From Nannocystis sp. SCPEA4 (lineage in GTDB: Bacteria; Myxococcota_A; Polyangia; Nannocystales; Nannocystaceae), in NCBI RefSeq assembly GCF_026626685.1, contig NZ_JAPNJX010000021.1:233329-297328 (forward strand): a stretch of 64,000 nucleotides of DNA, written 5' to 3'. A program made the position numbers and the translations under genes. This document shows positions 1 to 8,755 of this stretch, one piece after another. The notes beneath the pieces are model-generated. The model was not told the origin of the DNA. It searched no databases and saw only the letters and a program-made list of their open reading frames with translations. The first letter of the stretch is position 1. Each line of letters begins with the position of its first letter.

Positions 1-942
1 CCGCGGCCGCGGAGCGCGGCCCAGCTCGCGGACGTGCTGTGGTCGGCGCTGTCGCTGCTGCCCGGCCACGGGCACGAGGTGCTCGGCAGCTTCGTCGCCG
101 ACGACGTCGCCGCTCGCGCGCGCGTCGGCGGGTTGCGGGTCGAGGCGACCACGCTGCGCAGGTTGTCGCGGCTCGAGTTGCGCGGCGCCCGGCTCGACGT
201 CGACCTCGACTTCTTTCACGACGGCGGTCCCGACCTGACCCATGAGCCAGCCGGTGTCGCCGCCGAGCTGGCCGCCGCCGGCCTGCTCGACGACCCGCCG
301 GCGATGACCCATTCGATCGCCAGCGGCTTCATGCCCGAGCGCCTGCGGCCGCTCGGCGCCCGGCTGGCCGCGGCGATGGGCTTCGCGTTCGCCCCCTCGA
401 CCCCGCGGCCGCAGCAGGCCGCGCGCAGCCTCGCCGTCGTCGCTCGCGCCGCGCCGGCGTCGCACGCCGAGCTCGCCGAGCTCACCGCGAGCGAGCTGGA
501 CCCTCTGGGCGGCCCCGGAATGGCCCTGCGCGCCGTGTTGTGCGCCCGCGCCGATCGGCTGGGCGAGGCGGCGGAGGCCCACGCCGAGGCGCGCAGGCTC
601 GGCGACCGCGCGACCTGGCCGGCCTACGAGCTCGGCCTTCGCCACCTCGCGCGGCGCGAGCCGGGCGCGGCGGCCGAGTGGTTCGCTCGCGCCGAGGGCG
701 ACCTCGTCGACACCATGCAGGCCCACAGCCTCTCCCTGCGCGCCCTCGCCGAGTGCCGGCGTGGCGACTTCGCGGCCGGCCTGGCCGCCGCGCTGCGCTG
801 CCTCGAGCGGATCCCGCTGCGGGCCGAGCCGTACCAGCTCGCCAGCATCGCCGCGGCCCGCCTCGGCCGCGCCCACGAGCTCGACGAGGTCCGCGCGCGG
901 CTCGAGCGATTGCAGGCGACACGAAAGGACGCAGGACTGTGA
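1..942 (+). CDS. TPR-like hypothetical protein, probably 5'-partial. The frame is open from nt 1; the first in-frame start is GTG at 34.
   Basis: ORF track 34..942. No stop lies upstream in this frame. The C-terminal half has TPR-like helical repeats. The stop TGA (940-942) overlaps the GTG (939) of the next gene. Confidence 0.5.
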   Translation, partial: PRPRSAAQLADVLWSALSLLPGHGHEVLGSFVADDVAARARVGGLRVEATTLRRLSRLELRGARLDVDLDFFHDGGPDLTHEPAGVAAELAAAGLLDDPPAMTHSIASGFMPERLRPLGARLAAAMGFAFAPSTPRPQQAARSLAVVARAAPASHAELAELTASELDPLGGPGMALRAVLCARADRLGEAAEAHAEARRLGDRATWPAYELGLRHLARREPGAAAEWFARAEGDLVDTMQAHSLSLRALAECRRGDFAAGLAAALRCLERIPLRAEPYQLASIAAARLGRAHELDEVRARLERLQATRKDAGL

Positions 943-3068
943 GCACCTGGCTGCCCGACGAATTCTTCGCCACGCACTGGCGCCGCCGCCCGCTGTTGAT
1001 CCGCGGCGGCGCCTCGCGCCTGCTCACGCCCGGCGTCACGGAGGACGAGCTCGACGACGCCATCGCGCGGCTGTCCCGGCTCGACCCCGACCGCGTCAAG
1101 CGCTCGGGCGACGACGTCGTGTTCGCCCAGCGCATCGACGCCGTGGTGCCGCGGCTGCGGGTGCTCGCCCAGCGGCTCGTGCCCCTGTTCGGCAGCGCGA
1201 ACGTCGGCTTCGACGGCTCGACGATGCGGGACGGGCACAGCATCGGCAGCCACTACGATTACAGCGACAACTTCATCCTCCAGCAGTCCGGCGCCAAGCT
1301 GTGGCGACTTCACCCGCCCGACATCATCCCGCGCGATCAGCAGCGCCTGCGCATGCTGAAGCACCCGGAGCTCGGCCCGGTGCCCATGCCCGCGGGCGCG
1401 ATCGAGTACACGCTCGAGCCGGGCGATCTGCTGTACATCCCGATCTTCTGGCCGCACTGGGGGCTGTCGCGCGGCCCGTCGACGAGCGTCTCGCTGCTCG
1501 TCGACGCCGAGTCGGCGCACGGCGAGATCGTGCCGACGCTCGCGGCCCTGCTCTCGGAGGACGAGCGGTTCTGGTCGCCGCTGCCCGCGGTCCCCGTCGA
1601 TCTCGCGTCCGCCGAGGCGGCGCTGCCGGACGCGCTCGCCCAGGTCCTGTCCGACCTCGGCGAGGCCCTGCGCGACCCCACGGTCGCGCGCACGCTGGCG
1701 CGGCGGTGGTGGCAGGCGCGGGTCGCCCGCTTGCGGCAGGCCGCCGGCGTCGCTCCGCCGCGCGACGCCTCGTCCGCGGACGCGCTGCCGATCGACATGG
1801 CCCGCGTGCGGACGCTGCTGCAGGCCCCGCTGCCGCCGCTCGACCCGAGCCGGCTCGCGCTCCCCGAGCCCGACGGTGCGGCCCACCGGTTGCTGCGCGA
1901 CTACGCCTGGCGCCCCTACCTCAAGCGCCTGCTCGTCCTCTGCAGCCGCGCACACGCGAAGCTGCACGACGAGGCCCACCGGCGCTCGCTGGCCACTTTG
2001 GTCGTCGGCGTGCAGCGGCTCGCCCCCGACGTCCTGCGCGACCTCCTGCTCCGGCCCGAGCTCACCTCCTGGATCTGGCGCATGGCCGAGGCGCTCGAGT
2101 TCGCCTTCCCGCCGCAGCTCGAGCTGCTCGTGCGTCACCTCGGCGTCGCGCTGCTGCCGGCGTTGTTCGTCCACGACGCGCTCCCCGCGGGCGAGCCCGT
2201 CTTGCTCGCCCCCACCGATTCGACCGAGCTGCACCTGCTGTCGCTGACATGCGCGCTGCGGACCCGCGAGCCGCTGCCCGAGGTCGTCACCGCCGTGGCC
2301 GCGGGCGACGAGCTCCGCCTCGGCGAGGCGCTGGCGATCCCTCGCGCAGCGCTGCGTGAACCGGCCAGGGGCGACGGCTGGGAGGTCGTGCCGCTGGCGA
2401 CGGCGCCCGGCTCCCGCGTGCTCCTGCTGCGGACCAGCCGCTGGTACACCGAGTTCTTCCCGGCGCGCGAGGACGTCGAGGGCCGCGTCAGCCCGTTGTT
2501 CCTCGACATCGACGACGCCGCGCTGGCGGCGTGGCGGGCCGCGATGACCGAGGGCTTGCAGCGCGTCGGCCACCACTGGCCCGCCGCCCGCGCCGAGCTC
2601 GAGGACAGCGTCGCGGTCCTGCTGCCCGTACGCTCGCACGGCCTGCGCCCGCACAACGCCAGCGTCGCCGGCTTTCGCGGCCTCATCACCGCCAGCGCAC
2701 GCCCGGACTACATGACCGCGCAGACGCTCGTCCACGAGGCCGCGCACAACAAGCTCAGCACGCTGCTCGACGTCTACCCGGTCGTCACCAACCCCGACGA
2801 CGAGCTCCACCCCTCGCCCTTCGTCGCCATCCCGCGGCCGCTGACGGCGCTCGTCCACGGCGTGTACTCGTTCCTCCACGACATTCAGCTCACCCGCCGC
2901 ATGCTCGCGGCCGGCGTCCCCGCGCTCGCCGAGGCGCCGATGGATCGCTATCTGCGAAAGATCGAGGACCGGGTCGCCGCCGCGATGTCCACCCTGCGGC
3001 AGCACGCCCGCCTCACGCCCGCCGGAGAGGCCCTGCTCGCCGGCGTCGAACGGGCCCGCGAGACATGA
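939..3068 (+). CDS. Two-domain fusion: an N-terminal JmjC/cupin-4 Fe(II)/2-oxoglutarate oxygenase and a C-terminal HExxH-motif domain ('aKG-HExxH'-type putative peptide-modifying enzyme).
   Basis: Same frame as ORF 540..3068, but the start is taken as GTG 939 overlapping the upstream stop (GTGA). The N-terminus has 'THWRRRPLLIRGG' and 'HYDYSDNFILQQSGAKLWRL ... PHWG' (cupin His/Asp/His ligands). The C-terminus has 'LVHEAAHNKLS' (HExxH). The antisense ORF 624..3281 is rejected. Confidence 0.75.
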   Translation: MSTWLPDEFFATHWRRRPLLIRGGASRLLTPGVTEDELDDAIARLSRLDPDRVKRSGDDVVFAQRIDAVVPRLRVLAQRLVPLFGSANVGFDGSTMRDGHSIGSHYDYSDNFILQQSGAKLWRLHPPDIIPRDQQRLRMLKHPELGPVPMPAGAIEYTLEPGDLLYIPIFWPHWGLSRGPSTSVSLLVDAESAHGEIVPTLAALLSEDERFWSPLPAVPVDLASAEAALPDALAQVLSDLGEALRDPTVARTLARRWWQARVARLRQAAGVAPPRDASSADALPIDMARVRTLLQAPLPPLDPSRLALPEPDGAAHRLLRDYAWRPYLKRLLVLCSRAHAKLHDEAHRRSLATLVVGVQRLAPDVLRDLLLRPELTSWIWRMAEALEFAFPPQLELLVRHLGVALLPALFVHDALPAGEPVLLAPTDSTELHLLSLTCALRTREPLPEVVTAVAAGDELRLGEALAIPRAALREPARGDGWEVVPLATAPGSRVLLLRTSRWYTEFFPAREDVEGRVSPLFLDIDDAALAAWRAAMTEGLQRVGHHWPAARAELEDSVAVLLPVRSHGLRPHNASVAGFRGLITASARPDYMTAQTLVHEAAHNKLSTLLDVYPVVTNPDDELHPSPFVAIPRPLTALVHGVYSFLHDIQLTRRMLAAGVPALAEAPMDRYLRKIEDRVAAAMSTLRQHARLTPAGEALLAGVERARET

Positions 3069-4189
3069 GCGACGTCCGCCTCCACCGCAGCGTCCTGCTG
3101 GCCGTCGGCGCGGCCCCGCGGTGGTTCGGAGCGACATGCGAGCACCCCGGGCTGCTCGCCTGGTCCGAGCTCGCCGCTGCTGCCGAGGCGCTGCAGGTCG
3201 CGCTCGCCGCCACGCTCGGCCCGGAGGTCCTCGCCCACGAGCTCTCGCTCGAGTCGCGCGCGCGGCTCCGCGGCGACGCATGCGTCGCGCACACCGCTCT
3301 CGTGATCCGGCTCGTCGTCGCCGGGCCGCGCTCGCGGATCCCCGTCGTCTGGCACACCTGCGTCCCCGAGGCCGGCACCGACGCGCTGGCTCGCCAGCTC
3401 CACGCCACGCTCGCGGGCGACGCGATCGCCGGCGAAGTGCGCGCCGCCGTCGACGGCGTCCCGCTCGCCGAGGTCACGCGCTGCCCCGTGGTCCTCGATC
3501 CATGGCTCGCGTCCACGCTGGTGCACGAGTGCATCGGCCACAGCTCCGAGGCCGACAATTACGCCGCGTACATGGCCCCGGCGGGGATCCGGCTCGGGCA
3601 CCGCTGGACCGAGCTGCCGCTCCACGTGGTCGACGACCCGCGCCTCCCGGGTCGCGTCGGCGGCTATGACGTCGACGACGAGGCCGTCCCGGCGCGCGCC
3701 ACCCCGCTCGTGCGGGACGGCGTCTGGTGCGGCCTGCTGCACAGCCGCGCCAGCGCCCGGCAGCTCGGCGTCGACAGCTCCGGTCACGGTCGCCGGGTCG
3801 ACGACGCGCCCGCCATCCCGCGCATGGCCGTCACCTACGTCGAGCCCGGCGGGCAGTCGCCCGCGGCTCTGCTCGCGGACCAGGCCGACGCCATCTATTG
3901 CCGCGGCGTGATCGGCGGCGGCTCGGTCGGCCGCGAGTTCGTCCTCCGGCCCGCGTATGGCGTGCGGATCCGCCACGGCCGGCCGACCGGCGAGGTGCTG
4001 CGCCGCTTCGACCTCGTGGGTGACAAGCTCGCCACGCTCGCCCGGCTCGCCGGCATCGCCGACGACCTCACCTTCTTCGACTCCGCGCTCGGCTGTAACA
4101 AGGACGGCCAGAACAACCTGCCCGTCAGCCAGGGCGCTCCGCACCTCGCCCTGAGCGCCGCCTCGCTGCGCCCGATCGCCCGCCCTTGA
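3065..4189 (+). CDS. TldD/PmbA-family metallopeptidase (peptidase U62-like), short form.
   Basis: ATG 3065 overlaps the upstream stop (ATGA). It carries 'LVHECIGHSSE', an HExxxH motif like that of TldD, and 'GGGSVGREFVLRPAYGVRIRHGRPTGE', typical of the TldD/PmbA C-terminal domain. Confidence 0.7.
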   Translation: MSDVRLHRSVLLAVGAAPRWFGATCEHPGLLAWSELAAAAEALQVALAATLGPEVLAHELSLESRARLRGDACVAHTALVIRLVVAGPRSRIPVVWHTCVPEAGTDALARQLHATLAGDAIAGEVRAAVDGVPLAEVTRCPVVLDPWLASTLVHECIGHSSEADNYAAYMAPAGIRLGHRWTELPLHVVDDPRLPGRVGGYDVDDEAVPARATPLVRDGVWCGLLHSRASARQLGVDSSGHGRRVDDAPAIPRMAVTYVEPGGQSPAALLADQADAIYCRGVIGGGSVGREFVLRPAYGVRIRHGRPTGEVLRRFDLVGDKLATLARLAGIADDLTFFDSALGCNKDGQNNLPVSQGAPHLALSAASLRPIARP

Positions 4190-4782
4190 CAGCCTCGCTC
4201 GACCACGCCTCCATGTCCTCCATGTCCTTCGCGCCCGTCACCGTGCATCTCTCCGACGGTCGTCGCTGCACCCTCCGGGCCGCCGCCGAGGGCGACGACG
4301 CGGGCCTGTACGCGCTCGAGCAGGCCATCGTGCGCGCCCGCGACGGCGTCGTGAAGTACCCCGACGAGCTCCCGCCCGACCTCGCCGCGTACGCCGAGAA
4401 GCGCGCCAATTCCGGGGCCGCCTTCGCCCTCGTCGCCGCCCAGGACGACGGCGAATTGCTGGGCGAGGCGTCGCTGGTGCGCCTGCCGTTCCGCATGCTC
4501 CACCACGTCGCCGTCCTCGGCATGGGCGTCCATCCGCGCGCTCAGAGCCGCGGCCTCGGGCGCGCGCTGCTCACCCATCTCCTCGCCTGGGCCCGCGACC
4601 ACCGCGACCTCGACGGCGGCCGCGTCCTCCGCGTCGAGCTCTACACCCGCGCCGACAACCACCGCGCCCTCGCCCTGTACCACGCGCTCGGCTTCCGACT
4701 CGAGGGCACCCGCCGCGCGTTCGTCCTCCGCGACGACGGCGCGCTCGTCGACGACCACATGATGGCCCTGCTCTTCGCATGA
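4186..4782 (+). CDS. GNAT-family N-acetyltransferase.
   Basis: TTG 4186 overlaps the upstream stop. Alternative ATG starts are at 4213 and 4222. It has a GNAT motif, 'HHVAVLGMGVHPRAQSRGLGRALLTHLLAWAR'. Confidence 0.7.
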   Translation: MTASLDHASMSSMSFAPVTVHLSDGRRCTLRAAAEGDDAGLYALEQAIVRARDGVVKYPDELPPDLAAYAEKRANSGAAFALVAAQDDGELLGEASLVRLPFRMLHHVAVLGMGVHPRAQSRGLGRALLTHLLAWARDHRDLDGGRVLRVELYTRADNHRALALYHALGFRLEGTRRAFVLRDDGALVDDHMMALLFA

Positions 4783-5065
4783 GCGAAGCCCTCGCCGCGC
4801 GGCCGCGCCGGTCGAGATGACGATCGCCCGCGGCACGTCGGCGCCCTGGATGTCTCTTTCGCCATGTTTCCATGAACATGTCTGAATAGCCATGTCCAGG
4901 GGCGCGGGCACGACTCCGCGCGACCCCCCAGGGCGCGACCCCCGCGCGATTTCGCCCCGCCCGACCCCGCCAAACCTCGCCCAGGCCCGCGCGAGCGGCA
5001 ATTTTCGGCTCCCGCAATTTTTCGGCCGGCTGCGGCGACTCCAGGTCCGCACGGTGACGCCCATC

Positions 5066-5980
5066 ATGTACAGCACAGCGAACATCTCTTCGACGACGCG
5101 CGCGCGAGTCCTGGCCGGGCTGGCCTGCGCCGCGCTGTTCGTCCTGCCGGAGCGGCCCGCGGCGGCGCTCTCGTGCGATGGCCCGGCGTGGGAGGACGAG
5201 TGGGCGATGCCCGGCTCGCTGCGCAACTCGTTTGAAGAGTTCCCGCTCGACGCCCAGTTCTGGGAGCTGCGCAGCTGCGCGTACGACTTTGCCCCTCCCT
5301 CGGAATGCCGGCTGGAGCGCGGCGACGACGTCATCCCGGTCGCGGTCGAGGTCGACGGCGCGGAGCACTGCAACGTCGAGCCCTCGTACGTCGGCGGCGA
5401 CAATGACCCCGACGCGATCGTCCGCTACGTGCCCGAGCGCCCCCTCCTCCCCGAGCGCTCCTACGTGCTCGTGTGCGACGCCAACGGCCCCGCGCCCAAC
5501 GACGAGCAGGGCCAGTACACCTTCGTGCGCTCGCGCCTCGACCCCGCGCCGGCCGCGACGCCGGGCTCGCTGGACGACATCGGGCTCGAGTTCAAGCGCG
5601 GCGACGAGGGCTGCTGCGAGAGCGGCAGCTACCTCGACCTGCGGCTCGACCTCGAGCAGCCGTGGCTGCTCGAGGGCGGCTACGTCGAGGTGCTCTACGA
5701 CGACGGTCAGGTGTTCGCCGTCCGCGAGCCCGACAGAAATTGGTCGAGCGCGATCGAGATGCCGCCGACCGAGGGAGGCCTCGAGCTCACGCCGGTCGCC
5801 GCCGACGGCACCCGCGGCGAGACGCGCCGCTTCGACCGCGGCGACTACGACCGCGAGCTCATCTACACGCCCTGCGCCGTGACCGGCCACGCGTCGCCGC
5901 TGGCGCTGTGGCTGTTCGCGCCGCTGCTGTGGATCGGCACGCTCGGCCGCCGCCGTCGCGCCGCCGGAGGTGCGTCATGA
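5066..5980 (+). CDS. Secreted protein with a MYXO-CTERM-like C-terminal sorting tail.
   Basis: ATG 5066 sits in the frame of ORF 4892..5980. It has an N-terminal signal peptide. Its C-terminus reads 'TPCAVTGHASPLALWLFAPLLWIGTLGRRRRAAGG', which is Cys, then a hydrophobic stretch, then RRRR. Confidence 0.65.
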   Translation: MYSTANISSTTRARVLAGLACAALFVLPERPAAALSCDGPAWEDEWAMPGSLRNSFEEFPLDAQFWELRSCAYDFAPPSECRLERGDDVIPVAVEVDGAEHCNVEPSYVGGDNDPDAIVRYVPERPLLPERSYVLVCDANGPAPNDEQGQYTFVRSRLDPAPAATPGSLDDIGLEFKRGDEGCCESGSYLDLRLDLEQPWLLEGGYVEVLYDDGQVFAVREPDRNWSSAIEMPPTEGGLELTPVAADGTRGETRRFDRGDYDRELIYTPCAVTGHASPLALWLFAPLLWIGTLGRRRRAAGGAS

Positions 5981-6678
5981 TTTCCCATGTTCTTTTACAC
6001 ATGTCTCTTGCGACAAGTCTTTTCGGGCAGGCCCCGGCCGGCGACGCCGGCGTCGCCGTCCCGCCGCCCGCCGCGCCCGCTCCGGCAGCCGCTCCCGTCG
6101 CGCCCGCCCCTGCGGCCGCGGCCCCCGCGACGGCCCAGCTCGACGGGACCGCCGACCCCTCGCCAGCCCCGCAGCCCGCGCCCGCGCCCGCGTATGTCCA
6201 TCAGGACATGTCTGCTCCGCCAGCCTACCCTCCGGCGCCGGCGCCGGCGAACAAGTCGCGGTTCGTGTTCGCGTTCCTGCCGGGACCGACGTACGGGCTC
6301 CACTACTTCCCCTCCGCGAACCTGCCGTTCTTCTTCGGCGCCCGGCTGAAGCGCAGCCCGTGGGCGCTGGGCTTCCAGTTCACCGTGTCGACCGGCCTCG
6401 CCGAGCGCTACCTCTCCGGCCTCCTCACCCACCGCTATCACGTCACCGGCCTCACGAGCTTCGGCGCGCGCGGCCGCGGCTTCGCCAGCGTCGGCGGCGG
6501 CTTCGCGGTCCGCTTCTTCTCGCCCATGATCGAGGCCGAGGGCCGGGTCGGCCTCCGCTTCGGCTCGCGCCGCCGCGGCATCGTCGCCGGAATGGTCCGC
6601 CTCGGCTACGACTTCGCCCACCGCGAGGGCGCCCCGGTGCCGCAGGTCGGCGTCGTGGTCGGCATCTGCACCTTCTGA
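5977..6678 (+). CDS. Hypothetical Pro/Ala-rich protein with a β-strand-rich C-terminal domain ending in Phe (possibly outer-membrane). An alternative ATG is at 6001.
   Basis: ATG 5977 overlaps the upstream stop (ATGA). Its first ~14 codons are rare, AT-rich codons that coincide with a recurring DNA motif, so the true start may lie downstream. The C-terminal residue is Phe. Confidence 0.5.
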   Translation: MISHVLLHMSLATSLFGQAPAGDAGVAVPPPAAPAPAAAPVAPAPAAAAPATAQLDGTADPSPAPQPAPAPAYVHQDMSAPPAYPPAPAPANKSRFVFAFLPGPTYGLHYFPSANLPFFFGARLKRSPWALGFQFTVSTGLAERYLSGLLTHRYHVTGLTSFGARGRGFASVGGGFAVRFFSPMIEAEGRVGLRFGSRRRGIVAGMVRLGYDFAHREGAPVPQVGVVVGICTF

Positions 6679-6756
6679 AGCATCACCGACCGCCTCGCGC
6701 CATTCACGGCGTGTCACTCCTGACAGGGGGGCACGCGGCACGCCGAACATGCGCCC

Positions 6757-7899
6757 TCACTTCGCCTGCAGCTCGCGCAGCCGCGCCTCGAGCATCTCCT
6801 TCGCCTGCGGGTCCGTCGCCTTCGCCACCTGCTTCTCGAGCAGCTTGACCTGCGCCACGCGCAGCGCGTCGTCGGCCGGCACCGCGACGTCGGGCTTCAC
6901 GCCGACGCCCTCCCAGTTCGTCTTCGAGATCGGGTTGATCGCGCGTCCGGTCGGCACGAACGCCGCGAAGTGGTCGCCGAGGCGGACCATGTCGCCGGGG
7001 TTGGCCCCGCCCCACGTCACCTCGCCGACGATGGTCGCGCGCTTGAGGTTCTGCAGGTTGTAGGCGAACTCCTCCGCCGCCGATCCAGTGTTCTTGCTGG
7101 TGAGCACGTAGATCTCGCGGCCGACGTACGCCTTGCCCGGCACCGGCGCCGTCCAGAACTGGCGCGTCGCATCGGCTGGCCGGAAGTACAGGTCGTTGAG
7201 GTGCACCGGCTCGTCGAAGAAGTAGCTGCAGAGATACGCCACCACCTCGGGCGCCCCGCCGCCGTTGCGGCGCAGGTCGATGATGAGCCCGTCGGTCTCC
7301 GCCAGGAAGTCCATCGCAGCGCTCGCCGCCGTGAAGCCGCGCCCCGGGAACTCGAACGACCGCACCTCGACGTAGCCGAGGTTGCCCGCCAGCCGCTCGA
7401 CCCGCTCGAACCCGCCGTTCACCTGGTTGGAGAACTCCTCGTAGCGCGCCAGATCCTCGGCCGACGGCGGCCCGGGCTGCCGCTGCGGCGGCAACGTCTC
7501 CTTGCTGAACCGCACGTGGAAGTGGGCGTCGAACAGCACCTCGTTGATATGAGCGGTCAGCGCCGTCGCCAGCGCGTGGCCCGTGGTGATGCCATTGTAT
7601 TCGCCGCGCTTCTTGCGGGCCCGGAGCGCGCGCGCCACCTCGGTCGCCTTCTTCGGGAACACGTACTTGTCCGTCAGTTCGCGGGCCAGCGCCTCGATCG
7701 CCTGGTCGCGCTCCGCCGCCGTGATCGGCCCGTCCGGCCCCTTCGGCGGCCGCGGCGGCGGCACGGCCCGCTTGGCTTCGCTGGTCTCGGCGGGCGCCGC
7801 TGCGGCCGGCTTGGCGGCCGCGACCGGCGCGCAGCCGAAAGCGTAAAGGGTGGATATCGTCAGCCAACCGATCAGGCACCTGTACAGTCGCATCACCAT
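6757..7899 (-). CDS. Peptidase S41 family lipoprotein (tail-specific/C-terminal processing protease-like).
   Basis: ORF 6757..8034, with the start placed at ATG 7899 just after a GGAG. It has the signal/lipobox 'ISTLYAFGC' and the S41 motif 'GLIIDLRRNGGG'. Confidence 0.8.
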   Translation of the reverse strand: MVMRLYRCLIGWLTISTLYAFGCAPVAAAKPAAAAPAETSEAKRAVPPPRPPKGPDGPITAAERDQAIEALARELTDKYVFPKKATEVARALRARKKRGEYNGITTGHALATALTAHINEVLFDAHFHVRFSKETLPPQRQPGPPSAEDLARYEEFSNQVNGGFERVERLAGNLGYVEVRSFEFPGRGFTAASAAMDFLAETDGLIIDLRRNGGGAPEVVAYLCSYFFDEPVHLNDLYFRPADATRQFWTAPVPGKAYVGREIYVLTSKNTGSAAEEFAYNLQNLKRATIVGEVTWGGANPGDMVRLGDHFAAFVPTGRAINPISKTNWEGVGVKPDVAVPADDALRVAQVKLLEKQVAKATDPQAKEMLEARLRELQAK

Positions 7900-7993
7900 C
7901 GTCTCCGAATCGTGGGACCCCGGCGCGGGCCCTGTCCTGTCATTCCTGTCTCTGGTCTCTGCGGCGAAACCCCGGCTCACTCCGACCGCCCCG

Positions 7994-8719
7994 TCACGGC
8001 TTCGGTTTCTTCCTCCGCGTCGCCCCTGCCTCACCCGGCCGGGCGCGCGCGCCTGCTTGCACCTTCGTCTGCTTCTTCGCCGCCGCCGCGCCCTTGACTC
8101 GCGGCTCCGACCCCGGCACCACCAGGCTCCTGAGCAGCAAGTCGGCCATGCGCCGGACCTCGACCTCGATCTGCCCCCGTTGCCCGAGCTCGTGCACGCT
8201 CAGGCTGTAGGGCAAGAAAGCATTGGTCGCCTTCACCAGCGTCGACGCCGTCGCCACCGCGTCGTCGAGCGCGAACCGCCCGCCCGCGCGGCCGGCCGCC
8301 AGCACCTTGGCCACCAGCGCCACCTCGCGCTCCATGTGGATCGTCCGGCGGGCCATGTACGCCGGACGCACCGCCTCGAACAGCTCGTCGAGGCTCGTGT
8401 GATAGGCGCTGACGCTGTCGAAGCGCCGCAGCACCCGCTCGACCAGCACCCGGTGCAGCACCGCCGCGACGTCGCCCGTCCCGCCCGCGAGCTCGACCAG
8501 GCGGGCGTACGTCTGCGCCACCACCCGGTCGATCGACGACAACCCCACCTCTTCCTTGCTCGGGAAGTACATGTAGATCGTCCGCCGGCTGACCCCCGCC
8601 TCGGAAGCGATGTCGTCCATCGTCACGCCGCGAAAGCCCCGCGTCGTCAACAGCCGATCGGTGGCGTCGAGGATGGCCTCGCGCGTCTCGCCGTTGCCTC
8701 GCCCCGAATTCACGAGCAC
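7994..8719 (-). CDS. TetR/AcrR-family transcriptional regulator.
   Basis: ORF 7994..8941 trimmed to GTG 8719, which sits just downstream of the palindromic operator. It has an N-terminal HTH, 'TREAILDATDRLLTTRGFRGVTMDDIASEAGVSRRTIYMYFPSKEE'. It sits upstream of, and in the same orientation as, the S41 peptidase. Confidence 0.75.
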   Translation of the reverse strand: MLVNSGRGNGETREAILDATDRLLTTRGFRGVTMDDIASEAGVSRRTIYMYFPSKEEVGLSSIDRVVAQTYARLVELAGGTGDVAAVLHRVLVERVLRRFDSVSAYHTSLDELFEAVRPAYMARRTIHMEREVALVAKVLAAGRAGGRFALDDAVATASTLVKATNAFLPYSLSVHELGQRGQIEVEVRRMADLLLRSLVVPGSEPRVKGAAAAKKQTKVQAGARARPGEAGATRRKKPKP

Positions 8720-8727
8720 ACCCGAGC

Positions 8728-8755
8728 CTTGCACAAAACCAGAACTTTGTGCAAG
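8728..8755. promoter_or_regulatory. Perfect 10-bp inverted repeat, CTTGCACAAA-N8-TTTGTGCAAG. It is a candidate TetR operator.
   Basis: Seen directly in the sequence, immediately 5' of the tetR start on the minus strand. Confidence 0.6.

Noticed and set aside
624-3281. An 885-aa minus-strand ORF opposite the cupin-HExxH gene.
   Set aside because: Arg/Ala-rich nonsense antisense to a gene with clear domain motifs.
5999-6012. The ACATGTCTCTTGCGA motif as a genuine part of the 5977 gene's N-terminal coding sequence.
   Set aside because: This is not fully rejected. The first ~14 codons are rare AT-rich codons that match a motif recurring in non-coding sites, so they are more likely regulatory DNA. 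The CDS start may therefore be downstream, and the 5977 start is kept only with reduced confidence.
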